Source: Octopus sinensis
Taxonomy: Eukaryota
Assembly: GCF_006345805.1 (NCBI RefSeq)
Contig: NC_043013.1
Span: forward strand, 3,782,001-3,846,000
Direction: 5' to 3'
Length of the DNA: 64,000 bases
The translations under genes and the position numbers were made by a program. This document shows positions 12,560 through 24,245 of the stretch, piece by piece. The notes under the pieces were generated by a model. The model was not told where the DNA came from and ran no database searches. It worked only from the letters and a program-made list of their open reading frames with translations. Numbering within the stretch: the stretch's first letter is position 1; each line of letters begins with the position of its first letter.

Positions 12560-13925
12560 GTGGTGAAAAAGCCGAAGGTGGAGAAATAGTGGGATCCCTT
12601 AGTACGATAAAATATACCTTCTTTCATGTGGACAAAGGTCAAAAGTCTCACTTCTGCAATTCAGGTGTTGAGAGTTTTATCTCAGCTAAACATAATCTGC
12701 AGTTTTTGCTGTTATTAAAATAAGACTTCTCTAAGATCTTCCATTTTATACCGTACTCCGTGATGGTTTCTCTTAACGAACATACCTACCTGACCAGGGC
12801 TGCGGCATTCCAGGATACTTCTGCATGTTTGGTTCCCCATTTGGGTCTTTAGATATTACCTCTGCTTCATGTACCACTGTTTCCGTGTTACAGCGGCCGT
12901 TAAGGAGATTTTTGGTATTACCTCTACAAGCGCATCCTGCCTCTGTCTGAGATGTGGAGTTACCTACTAATATCTTCATACTAAGTGCACTGCTAAAGGA
13001 AACTCTGAAGGTGTGCTTATGAAAAATGTTTACTGAACTTATTCGTACGGGTAAGTGTTTATCCACTAAGCTATGGAAAATCCTACCCACACAAGTTTTG
13101 AAGCTTAAGAAGTTGTGTATGAACCACAACACTTTCCGGTCGCGTTTTTCTTGGAGGTGTTAGAGTCTATCTATAACTAATCCTATTCTTAAAACTGTTG
13201 GCAGCCAGATCTTCATTGCAGTATGGAGCAGCAGCATAAAAAATCTCTTTACTTGAAGGACACTCTGGTTGGATGAGAGAAAGCTGTGTTAATGTATGTG
13301 AGCCTCTCACTCAACTTCCTAAAAGTCATATATGCACTGGATTCCAAGTCTGAAGTCACATCAAGGAAATACTCGGGCTTCAGGCCAAAGAAATTCATGG
13401 TGCTGGTGAGGTTTTTTCAAAGCCTATCGAGTATGCGGCCGTTCGCCCCTCTCGTTATTGCTAGAGTATCGTCTCTGTAAAATTCAAAGCCAGTAGCAGA
13501 GAATTTCTTACGTGAGTGTAGGACGAAAAACCCAACGGGGTCGCATGTGTCAGTTCTGTCGAATGCACTCATCGCTCTGTCGAAGAAGCGTTCTGGATTA
13601 GTGTGCTTGTCTCAGGCCAATCCCTTGTTGAATAGTAGGGTTCTTCTGCCTTGCATGCGGCTGCACATGTCTATATCTTTAATTTCAGCGTAAGTCCTCG
13701 CGAAATTCAGTGCCTTATACAGAAGCTCCCTCGATTTAGACAGGTAAAAATCTACTATATCAAGGTGAGAGAATCTTGCCCTCAATCTACCCATGCCACC
13801 ATTGCTTTTAAAGTATGTAATGGTCTCCTTGGTGCTGCTCGAGAGGGCGAGGCCGGATGCCAAACTAATGTCGTTATTCTCTTCCTTCTGATCAGCTATC
13901 TGCTTACCAGGTCCAAATCGGCCGT
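12560..13925 (-). mobile_element. Penelope-like element: RT, Cys-rich linker and GIY-YIG endonuclease, degenerate
   Basis: [50 protein letters not shown]...LNGRCNTETVVHEAEV...KYPG, CRLCLAE; 3' non-coding part may extend to about 11950. Confidence 0.85.
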
Positions 13926-13946
13926 AAATGTATATATTATATATAT

Positions 13947-14066
<120 letters not shown>

Positions 14067-14165
14067 ATATATATTACATATATATATAAGCACATATACA
14101 TCACACACATTAAACTTTGATTTATTATGTGTATGTGTGTATCTGTACTCGTATGTATATATATG

Positions 14166-14236
<71 letters not shown>

Positions 14237-14256
14237 GTCTATCTACTGTTTAGATT

Positions 14257-14297
14257 ACAACTGTCCGATGAGTGGTAACGTGAAACATTTCCAATTG
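14257..14297 (+). ncRNA. Decayed hammerhead-like motif, apparently the same family as 43255
   Basis: ACAACTGT-CCGATGA-GTG GTAA CGT-GAAAC-ATTTC-CAATTG; stem III, cleavage triplet and stem I are degenerate. Confidence 0.5.
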
Positions 14298-14615
14298 ATC
14301 GATTGATTAAATTGAACCATGAATGCAACCAAAATGTTTATCTAAAACGGCTGTAAGTCTATAACGTACAAATATATGTATGAAGCCCATTATTTATGCC
14401 TTTTTATTAACTCTGTGCAAATATACCATATTAACTCGGTAATGTATCCATGGATTTACAAAGTCGATTGCTGATGGACTCAGACTTCGGATTCCGACTT
14501 CAAAATACCTGGAGCTCAAAACCAATCAAAAGATCTTTTGATAGCCTGATAAGCGGGGAGCTTAAGACGCATTTTGCTCGGATTACTAATCCTTTACAAC
14601 ACTCTTTCTTCTGAT

Positions 14616-14649
<34 letters not shown>

Positions 14650-14658
14650 ATATATATA

Positions 14659-14712
<54 letters not shown>

Positions 14713-14911
14713 TAGTATATACATATATGTACACACATATTATATAGATATACTATATATAAATACAGATATATACACACACTATATATATATACATAAT
14801 ATATAATATACATCTATATACTATATATATATAATAATATCATATCTATATATATAATCTATATATATATATATATATATATACATACATACATACATTT
14901 ATATATATATA

Positions 14912-15090
14912 TCGTTCTACTACACGCATTTTATCTCCTTGTTTTTTCTGTGTATCTTATATATATGTCGAAGAGCTAGGCTCGAAACGCAATCAAAGAC
15001 TTTTTCTATTCCTGAGCGTTTATACTATACATGTGTTTTTGTTTTACTCCACCTGCCTCCGTCGTCTTTGTTTATTTTCGTAAACTTTCC
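14912..15090 (+). mobile_element. Short stub between (TA)n arrays with a hammerhead-like relic
   Basis: TGTCGAA-GAGC TAG GCTC-GAAAC-GC at 14966-14990: stem II plus GAAAC present, core degenerate. Confidence 0.35.
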
Positions 15091-15100
15091 CTTTATTATA

Positions 15101-15185
<85 letters not shown>

Positions 15186-15478
15186 TGCTATTATGCAAAA
15201 GTGTCGTAAGTCCAAACGTTGCTTTTCAGAAAACGCAAAAACTATTAATAACCATTCCATAGCAAAACCGTTGTCCTACTTTTTGGCAATTTTGATATCT
15301 TGGCATCTGAAGCAGCTGGAGATACGATAGAACTGGTTATTGCAAGCAAAAATAAACATTGAAAAAGAAAAACGGATTTGACACTAAATTTGGGCATTCG
15401 ACAGTTTAACATAATAGTAATGATATATATATATATATACATACATACATACCATATATATATATACATACATACATA

Positions 15479-15512
<34 letters not shown>

Positions 15513-15523
15513 ATATACATCTA

Positions 15524-16110
15524 TAGGGTGTGTACGATATTTGAGGAGAGATTTATGTTTATAAAAGAAAAAACAGAAATATAATAACAGATAACTTTAT
15601 TTATCAAAAACTGCTATGAGAATAAAAATAAACTTTATTTTCTATAACGTTATTCAATAAAGCCACCTTCAGCTTCAACAACCGCTATATGAGATGTAAA
15701 TCATCTACATGCTTGAATCAAGTGGTCCTGGTTCATTTTGAACAATACTCTAACTATGGAAGCCTTCAAAGCAGTTTTGGTGTTATGGGTGTGTTCATTG
15801 ACCTCTCCCTCAACAACGCTCCATATGTAATAGTCCAATGGATTGAGATCGGGGGAATTAGGTGGCCAAATGTTAGGGGTTATGTGGTCATGAAAATTTT
15901 CAGTCGTCCATTCCTGTGTTACTAGAGCCATGACTTTCCATTGCATACACTGTCTATCTAGGGCTTAACAATTATTTCCAGGACATCAATGTAGGCGGCA
16001 GAGTTAACTCTAAGTCCTTGTGGAAAGAAGCATGTCCTTCATTGCTGACAAATTAACCTTTCCTCATCATATAAGACTTCAGTATTCCGTAAAGTTTCAT
16101 TCGGTAGTTA
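15524..16110 (-). mobile_element. maT/DD37D (Tc1-mariner) 3' fragment with TIR
   Basis: PQGLRVNSAAYIDVLE...WPPNSPDLNPLDYYIWSVVEGEVNEH...LIQACR; TA then TIR-like tagggtgtgtacgatatttgaggagagattt. Confidence 0.85.
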
Positions 16111-16399
16111 ATATTACTTCAGGTAATGATGGTTTTGGGAAGAGGGCGCTTTTTAACGAGTTGCAAGAAAACGAACAATTTATGAACTGAAGATGTTAAG
16201 CATAATCTGCGACTTGTGGTTATATATATATCCTTCTATTGTTGGCTCAGTAGTCACTAACGAAGTCATCAGGACAAACAAAAAGTTGACTGTTGTATAT
16301 TAATGGTAAAAGATTGTGTAAAGTACAATGCATGTAGGAAATCTATTTGCAAATCTATTAGTGTCTTTCTGCGACATAGTGCTTTACATCGGAATATAC

Positions 16400-17280
16400 T
16401 TCTGCAACCTGATGTGCTCAAAGTATAGTGTGCTAAAATAGTAGCGGGCTTAATCAATCAATCAAATGGTTTGTCCAAGTCCTTTAGTCGCCATTCGCAG
16501 GTTCATTAAATGTAGGAAATATTTAGAAGAGAAATCAATGTGTTATCACGTATAGGAGATACGTACTCGAGATAAACCTCATAGTAACTTCACGTAATGT
16601 TACACAAGAGTCTGAAAAGGGTATCTTGGAGTACATCCAGAATATAGCTACCTTCATCCATTAAAATATCAATGTAACAACAGACTACCTGTACAAAGAC
16701 CCAAATAAGAGCCTCTCCTTCCTTGGTACTGAACTCTGATATGAGAAAAGCAGATAACAAAATACAGCTCCTCCAAGAATATTATCTGAAACCCTTGATC
16801 ACCAGATACTTAAGAACTCCACGATGCCTAAAAACATTAAAAGAAATATACTAAATATACTAATAGACTTAGAGTAATGAATAACATATGCCCCTCGTAT
16901 CAGGCCTGTGAAATAAAGAAGCATATACACAATTTTATCCACTCTATGAATCCGGATGTACGGAGAGGGTGTGTGTCGAAACAAAGATTGCATAAATATA
17001 AGAAACAATACAAGCGGAACTTGTTCAAGGTATCGTAAAAAATCCTGAAATAGCCTAGAAAGAATTATGCACTAGTACGAGTATAGAGATAGAGAACAAC
17101 AACAAGAACAACATCGGTAGTTTTCTCAGTATGTTAATGATAAACATGACATACTGAAATAAAAATCATATCGACACACCCAAAGTTACGACAACTATAA
17201 AGATCATGCATATAACTGAAGAACGACAAGAGAATACGAAAGAAATAATGATACCAACCACCGCTGTAACCAACAACCAG
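16400..17280 (+). mobile_element. Possible very old Penelope-like relic
   Basis: Weak residual frames (SLSFLGTEL; SVVFSQYVNDKH) reminiscent of PLE RT/EN C-terminus; not decisive. Confidence 0.25.
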
Positions 17281-17780
17281 CCCCTCCCCCCGAGTTACCC
17301 CTCCCCTCCACTACATAGGGTTAGGTGTATATGTGTGGATGCGTGCCAGTATGTATTTAGATAGGCGGTAGATGGGCAAGGTGCCAATTTGATATCGCGG
17401 TTGATGTGGTCGACCGTCCTCGCAAATTTCTGGCCCTATGCCTATGTTGGGAACGGTTCTTATACACTTAAATGCCAGAAGGTATATTGTAAAACAAAAA
17501 CAAAATACTAAAGATTTAGCAATGATCTCACAGCTACGTTCTATCCCGCACTATCCTGATAGGTTTATATATCTGCATATGCGCTTATATACATACATAC
17601 ATACATACACATACATACATACATACATACATACATACATACATACATACATACATACATGCATGCATACATGCATACATGCATACATGCATGCATACAT
17701 ACATACATACATACATCATACATACATACATACATACATACATACATACACACACACACAAACACACACACACATATGTA

Positions 17781-18722
17781 CAAAGTACGTAAGGTATTTA
17801 AGGACATACCTTTTTTGGGTCATTGCTGCATTTTTTGCCAACTCTGTATAATCTTCGTTTCAGAAAATAATAATGGCAGACCCTTAGTTTCCTCAAGAAA
17901 TGAAGTGACATGCTATTATTGTGGTTATAAAGGCTGAGTGTAGCAATTTAGAAATATCTCGATTTTTAAAAGTTACCAGATCTTTCGTCTACAAAGTTTC
18001 TAAGGAACTAGAGACTAAAGATGGAAACGTATCACCAGTATCAAAGCATAAAAAGCATTCTGAACGTTCTGAAATCATCAGAACACCCGCATTTATCCAG
18101 CAAGTTTAACAGACTATTGATTACAATCCCAGAAAGTCCATGAGGCCAATTGCACAAGGTTTCCATGTGTCAAAAGGAAGGAACAGTCAGAAATGTTCTC
18201 CAGGAAGACATCAGATATGTCCCATATGATGAGGAATGGGATAGACAGCATATGCAAGCCCGGGATAGACAGCATATGCAATGGAAGGCCATATGTGTTT
18301 CAGTAAGACTCTGCAATATGACACATGACTCTAGTAACACAGGAATGGATGGCTGAAAATTTTCATGATCACACAACCCCTAACATTTGGCCACCTAATT
18401 TTCCCGATCTCAATCCATTGGACTATTACATGTGGAGCGTTGTTGAGGGAGAGGTCAATGAACACATTCATAACACCAAAACTGCTTTGAAAGCTGCCAT
18501 AGTCAGAGTAATGTCCAAAATAAACTAGGACCACTTGATTCAAGCATGTAGATGATTTACATCTCATATAAAAGCAGTTGTTGAAGCGGAAGGTGGCTTT
18601 ATTGAATAACGTTATAGAAAACAAAGATTATTTTTATCCTCATGGCAGTTTTTGATAAAGTTATGTTATTATATATTTGTTCTTTTATAAACATAAATCT
18701 CTCCTTAAATATCTTACGTATC

Positions 18723-18725
<3 letters not shown>
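17781..18725 (+). mobile_element. maT/DD37D element, internally deleted, both TIRs present, TA flanks
   Basis: Left CAAAGTACGTAAGGTATTTAAGGA versus right (rc) CAGGATACGTAAGATATTTAAGGA; HTH ISRFLKVTRSFVYKV; 37 codons between the D of Q*DSA and the D of DLNPLD. Confidence 0.88.
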
Positions 18726-18785
<60 letters not shown>

Positions 18786-19157
18786 TGTATGTATGTATGT
18801 ATGTATGTATGTATGTATGTATGTATATGTGTGTATATGCGCACGCGCGGGCGAGTATTTAAAATACTCAAAGTGCAAAGCAATCCTTCTTACAAAACTT
18901 GATTTGTTTTCTTCTTTATAGCATTTGTCGAAGATTTAATTGATTTTGGGCAAGTTCAGGGCATGCATCCGATATTGTAGGCTTTGAATACGAGGGAGAA
19001 ACCGTTAGTCGTAGCCGATGCTTAATACTTGGTCGGATACGAAAAATGTAACCTTAGCGAGTTGCTACTAGAATGGTTGTCTCGGCGATTTACGAAAAAG
19101 AATAGTCTGTTGCAAATGTATGTATTTATATATATATATAATATATATATATTATAT

Positions 19158-19543
19158 CAACACATGGTTCCGGGTTCAGTCACCACTGCGTGCATCTTGG
19201 GCAAGTGTCTTCTTCTGCTCTAGCCCCGGGCCGACCAATGCCTTGTGAGTGGATTGGGTAGACGGAAACTGAAAGAAGCCTGTCGTATATATGTATTATA
19301 TATATAAGTGGTGTGTGTATATATTTGGTGTGGTCTGTGTTTGTCCCCCTAGCATTGTTTGACAACCGAGATGCTGGTGTGTTTACGTTCCCGTCACTTA
19401 GCAGTTCGGCAAAAGAGACGACCAATAGAATAAGTACTGGGCTTACAAAGAAAAAGTCCCGGGGTCGATTTGCTCGACTAAAGGCGGTGCTCCAGCATGG
19501 CCGCAGTCAAATGACTGAAACAAGTAAGAGTAAGAGTAAAAGA

Positions 19544-19581
<38 letters not shown>

Positions 19582-20030
19582 ATATATATATATATATATA
19601 TATAATATAGGCGTAGGAGTGGCTGTGTGGTAAGTAGCTTGCTTACCAGCCACATGGTTCCGCGTTCAGTCCCACTGCGTGGCACCTCGGGCTAGTGTCT
19701 TCTACTATAGCCTCGGGCCGACCAAAGCCTTGTAAGTTGATTTGGTAGACGGAAACTGAAAGAAGCCCGTTGTATATATGTATATATATATATATATGTA
19801 GTATGTGTATATGTTTGTGTATCTGTATTTGTCACCCCCACCCCAACATCAATTGACATCAATTGCTGGTGTGTTTACGTCCCTGTTACTTAGCGGTTCG
19901 GCAAAAAAGACCGATAGAATAAGTACTAGGCTTACAAAGAATAAGTCCCGGGGTCGATTTGCTCGACTAAAGGCGGTGATCCAGCTTGGCCACAGTCACA
20001 TGACTGAAACAAGTAAAAGAGTAAAAAATA
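19158..20030 (+). mobile_element. Two tandem tRNA-derived SINE family B copies (19158-19548, 19609-20030) separated by (TA)n
   Basis: GGCGTAGGAGTGGCTGTGTGGTAAG...GTTCAGTCCCACTGCGTGGCACC...GGTAGACGGAAACTGAAAGAAGCC, internal microsatellite, 3' GGGGTCGATTTGCTCGACTAAAGGCGGTG...GAAACAAGTAA. Confidence 0.9.
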
Positions 20031-20044
20031 TATATATATATATA

Positions 20045-20180
20045 CTGTTGTGTCTGGGGAGAGCCATTCTCTTTTTGTGCCTTATAATTCAACACACTCA
20101 CCGGCAAAATTTCCACTCATTTACTTATTTATTTCTCCAACATTTTCGTTGCGTCTTGCAACCTTTTCAATAGCTCTGTC
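20045..20180 (-). mobile_element. Microsatellite-flanked stub with a hammerhead-like relic (U3-A8 core)
   Basis: Minus CTA-TTGAAAA-G-GTTGC AAGAC GCAAC-GAA-AATGTT-G; perfect 5-bp stem II followed by GAAA. Confidence 0.4.
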
Positions 20181-20879
20181 CGTTATTCGAGCTGTGCTCT
20201 TTTTGTTTGTTTGTGCGCATGTGTGTGGGTCAGTGTGTGTGCGCATGCACATGCATGTACGTACGTACGTATGTATGTATGTATGTATGTATGTATGTAT
20301 GTATGTATGTATGTATGTGTGTATGTATGTATGTACGTACGTATGTATGTATGTATGTATGTATGTATGTATGTATGTATGTATGTATGTATGTATGTAT
20401 GTACGCATGCATGTATGTATGCATGCGTGTAAGTGTGTGTATGTATGTATGAATGTATGCATGTATGTTTGTTTGTATGCATGTATGTATGTATGTGCGT
20501 GCGTATGTATATATGTATGTGTGTGTACCTCTGTCTCCTTGTGTGTGCATGTCTGAATGTATGTGTGTGTGTATAGGTTCTTGTGACTATATACTTTGTC
20601 TGTATGTATGGATGTACATCTCCATATGTGTGGACGTGTGTCTCCATATGTGTCCATGTGTGAAGTATAGTGTGTGTGTGTATATATGGTCATGTGTATC
20701 AGTCTTCATTTGTGTATGTGTGTATGTGTGCTTGTTTGTTCATATAACCTATGTACCCGACCATCTGTATGTTGATCTATTTACTTTTATATGCATATGC
20801 TTATATACATGTGCATATGCATATATACATATACACACACATACATATATCTATATAACAAATGGATAAAATGCAGATG

Positions 20880-21590
20880 TCATGTTGATCCAGATTGCCT
20901 CCATGTTGGTCCTTGGCATGTTGGTAGAACATGGAGGACTATTTTTTGTCCTCCTATTCTCTCAAATATTCATTTAGTCTTTCCGCAATGCTCCTAGATG
21001 TCTCCTCTATATATGTCATGTTCATGTCTTTATAGCAACTTCTATGCATCTTATGCTGTAGACTACATTTTTAGTTCTACAGTTAATGCCAGGGCTTATC
21101 CTACAAACTATGAAGTTATCATCGGTGCATATGGTATTCTCAAAGGAGTACGTCCTACCTAGTTGTGATCTGATGGAGTTCCTTAGCTTTTCAACAATCT
21201 TAATATTGAGTCTATTCTCCTTCAGAGCTTTCTTTAATCTGCGGGCTAGTTCTCCATGAGCTGTGGCTTCTACAAACATCACTACTTGATATTTGTCGGT
21301 TTTATACCACGTGTTCTCCCTGTATGCTTTGTCACAAGCTCTTTGGGGTGCCTAGTGGAGTAATCTATAGTTATCTTGATACTTTGGTAGATGGAGTTAG
21401 CTACTTACCGGAAGTTCTCTATTGTGTTTTTTCTCATTTTCTACATTACTGTTACTAGAATTAGTCTTAACTATGATATTAATATCATCTACATACCTAC
21501 TGTAAAGTAGAAGACTAGTGGAATGTTCTGCTATGGATTGTTTAAGTTTTATGCCCCACCAGGCCACGAAGAGGCCGGCCACATCACCAG
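20880..21590 (-). mobile_element. Second Penelope-like element relic (RT YVDD, Cys linker, GIY-YIG)
   Basis: LLYSRYVDDINIIV; FVEATAHGELARRLK...IVEK...CTDDNFIVCR...CRTKNVVYSIRC; YIEETSRSIAERLNEYL. Confidence 0.85.
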
Positions 21591-22160
21591 CTACACCAAC
21601 ACCAAAGGCAGGAACAGCAGGCACAGGAACAACATTAGGTCATAGATGATGAAATGGTATGGTACACTGCCAATGAATTGAAAGGAGTTACACAGAGAGA
21701 AAAAGACCCCCCCCCATAAAAAAGAAAAAAAAAACCGAAACCGAAGAGGAGTCCAATTCTCCTTGGAAACATGAAGTTCATACTGTTCCGAAAAGCGAAC
21801 GACGAACTAATGGATTAAAAAAATTACATGCAAATAAATCTTGGAAAATGGTCTTCATTTATGTGGAACAAGCGATAGACTTCTAATACATTAACTGCTA
21901 AACATTGACTGTGTATAAAGCTATAAGTTAGCTACCAGCAGAAAGCGGGTCCTTTCTTGCACTCTCTAGTACTTCACTTGTGCCCCAGAACCTTCGGAAC
22001 CTAAAAAAAAACTGCGTACGTGGGAGACGTGCACATGGAAGCACAAGTAACTTGGGGTAATCTGATCAAACCCAAGGGGTGGCTTCTCACCAGTGTTTGG
22101 GTGGCTTTGCCTTATCTGATTTCAAGTATATTCTTTTATTTATATTTATAAATATATATA

Positions 22161-22324
22161 GGCACAGGCGTGACTGTGTGGTACGAAGCTTGCTTTTCAA
22201 CTACATGGTTCTCAGTTCAGTCCCACTGCGTGGCACCATGGGCAAGGGTCTTCCACTTTAGCCTCGGGCCGACCGAAGTCTTGTGAGTGGATTTGGTAGA
22301 CGGAAGCTGAAAAAAATAACGTCG

Positions 22325-22393
<69 letters not shown>

Positions 22394-22675
22394 ATACACA
22401 CATATATATATATATATAGATATATATATATATATATATACGATGGGTTTATTTTCAGTTTCCGTCTACAATATCCACTCACAAGACTTTGTGTGTTCGT
22501 TTGTCTGTGTTTGCCTCCCTATCACCGCTTGACAACCGGTGCTGGTGTGCTTATATTCCTGTAATATAGCTGTTCGGCAAAAGTAACCGATAAAATAAGT
22601 ATCAGGCTTCAAAAAATAATCCCTGTGGTGCTCCAGCATGACTGCAGTCACATGACTAAAACAATTGAAAGAAAA
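22161..22675 (+). mobile_element. SINE family B copy
   Basis: GGCACAGGCGTGACTGTGTGGTACGAAGCTTGC...GGCACCATGGGCAAG...GGTGCTCCAGCATGACTGCAGTC, internal TA/CA array. Confidence 0.85.
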
Positions 22676-23229
22676 TTATTTCGTGTCATTCATCGGTGTG
22701 TGTATTAGCAATTTTTAATACCTCAATATATTCTGTAATGTCGGAAATTTTTCTACGGGCTCGCGCGGAAGAGATATATCTTGTTAACTTAGGCAAAATT
22801 TGCTCTTTGACAGACCAAGATAGGCGCATATTACTCGATTCCTGGCAGATGTATGCTGCCTTTCAGGAGCACTCTTCTCCATAATTCGAGGACAATGATG
22901 AACTAGAAATATAGCCTACCTCGACAATTTTCCACGACTCTCATCTCTAACTGCAGAATGTTGCGAAAGATCAGTAAAAGCGGCTGACAAGGTCTGTCCG
23001 AGGGGCGGATCATCTGGTCCAGATGGTTTACGAACTTTACGCTTATTTGCTACAATTGTTCGGCAACCTCTTTGTGACTGCCGGCTGCAGTTGGCGGTCA
23101 GAATAAATGTCCACCAGGAGGAACATTTTAGTGTCACGCTGTTTGTGCGCCAAGGATATCCTGTCTCATCCTGTACTAGAACCGTTACAGAGGTAACATC
23201 AGCTACTGATATAAATAGCGCTCGACCTG

Positions 23230-23533
23230 TTGTTGTTTGTTCCTCTCGAGCCATGCCTGGCTCATAAGGGCCGGTTTCCCGGTTTCTTGGCGTATAGGTT
23301 CCCCACCTGGACGGGACGCAGGTCCATCGCAGGTGAGAGGCAAGATGCAGGACGAAAGAGTTAGAGAAAGTTGTGGCGAGAGAGTCAGCAGAAGTTTCGC
23401 CATTACCTTCTGCCGGAGCTGCGTGGAGCTTAGGTGTTTCGCTCATAAACACACATCGTCCGCTCTGAGATTCGAACCCACGATCCCTCGACCGCGAGTC
23501 CGCTGCTCTAACCACTAGGCCATGTGCCTCCAC
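23230..23533 (-). mobile_element. tRNA-derived SINE family C1 with 14-bp TSD
   Basis: Head GTGGAGGCACATGGCCTAGTGGTTAGAGCAGCGGACTCGCGG...GGTTCGAATC; TSD TAGCGCTCGACCTG at 23216-23229 and 23534-23547. Confidence 0.93.
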
Positions 23534-23944
23534 TAGCGCTCGACCTGGAATGGAGACGGTCTGTGTTGGCATATGCAGATAAAGTTACTGCAATAGTATT
23601 GGGCACCATGAAAATAAATGTAGCAGGCACAGGTCTCAAGACATAGGAGACAGTGACATGTAAACATGAAGCAGGACATCTGAGTGAGGTGGAAACTGGG
23701 CCCCTTCGATGCAGAACAAGACAGAACGGAGAAATTGCATGGAACGTGGTTGGGTCCGGATCGTCAGGTAAACAGGGATTGAGATGAAGTTACAACCAGA
23801 GTAGCCAGTTCTGAAAGGTCGAGCAGAAGCGGAGAATGTATCCATTACTTCCGTTACAATTTACCTTCTGACAATTGTGCTTTTCTCGTCTTACCAGATC
23901 GGGAAGAGGCGGCAAATGCCGATATCATCTAGTTAAAAAAATTT

Positions 23945-24140
23945 TTTTTACTTGTTTCAGTCATCAGGCTGCGGCCATGCTGGGGTGCCGTCTTGAAGAA
24001 TTTTGACCGAATGAATCGACCCTAGTCCTTATTTTTATTTTAAGCTTGGTGCTTATTCTATCGGTCTCTTTCTGCCGAACTGCTAGATTACGGGAATTTA
24101 AACATACCAACGCCGGTTGTCAAGCGATAATGGGGATCAG

Positions 24141-24212
<72 letters not shown>

Positions 24213-24213
24213 G

Positions 24214-24245
<32 letters not shown>

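Noticed and set aside
15305-16275. Further CTGANGA-like words (15308 CTGAAGCAG, 16187 CTGAAGATG, 16265 minus CTGATGAC)
   Set aside because: No GAAA and no complete stems; too degenerate to call without a consensus.
18920-18980. Possible plus-strand exon after a polypyrimidine acceptor (FVEDLIDFGQVQGMHPIL*)
   Set aside because: Short, ends in a stop, no donor and no recognisable similarity.
23440-23533. Functional tRNA genes (also 26880-26962, 29271-29343, 35901-35965, 59405-59470)
   Set aside because: tRNA-like heads lack a proper acceptor stem and continue into repeat bodies, several with TSDs; these are SINE-type heads.
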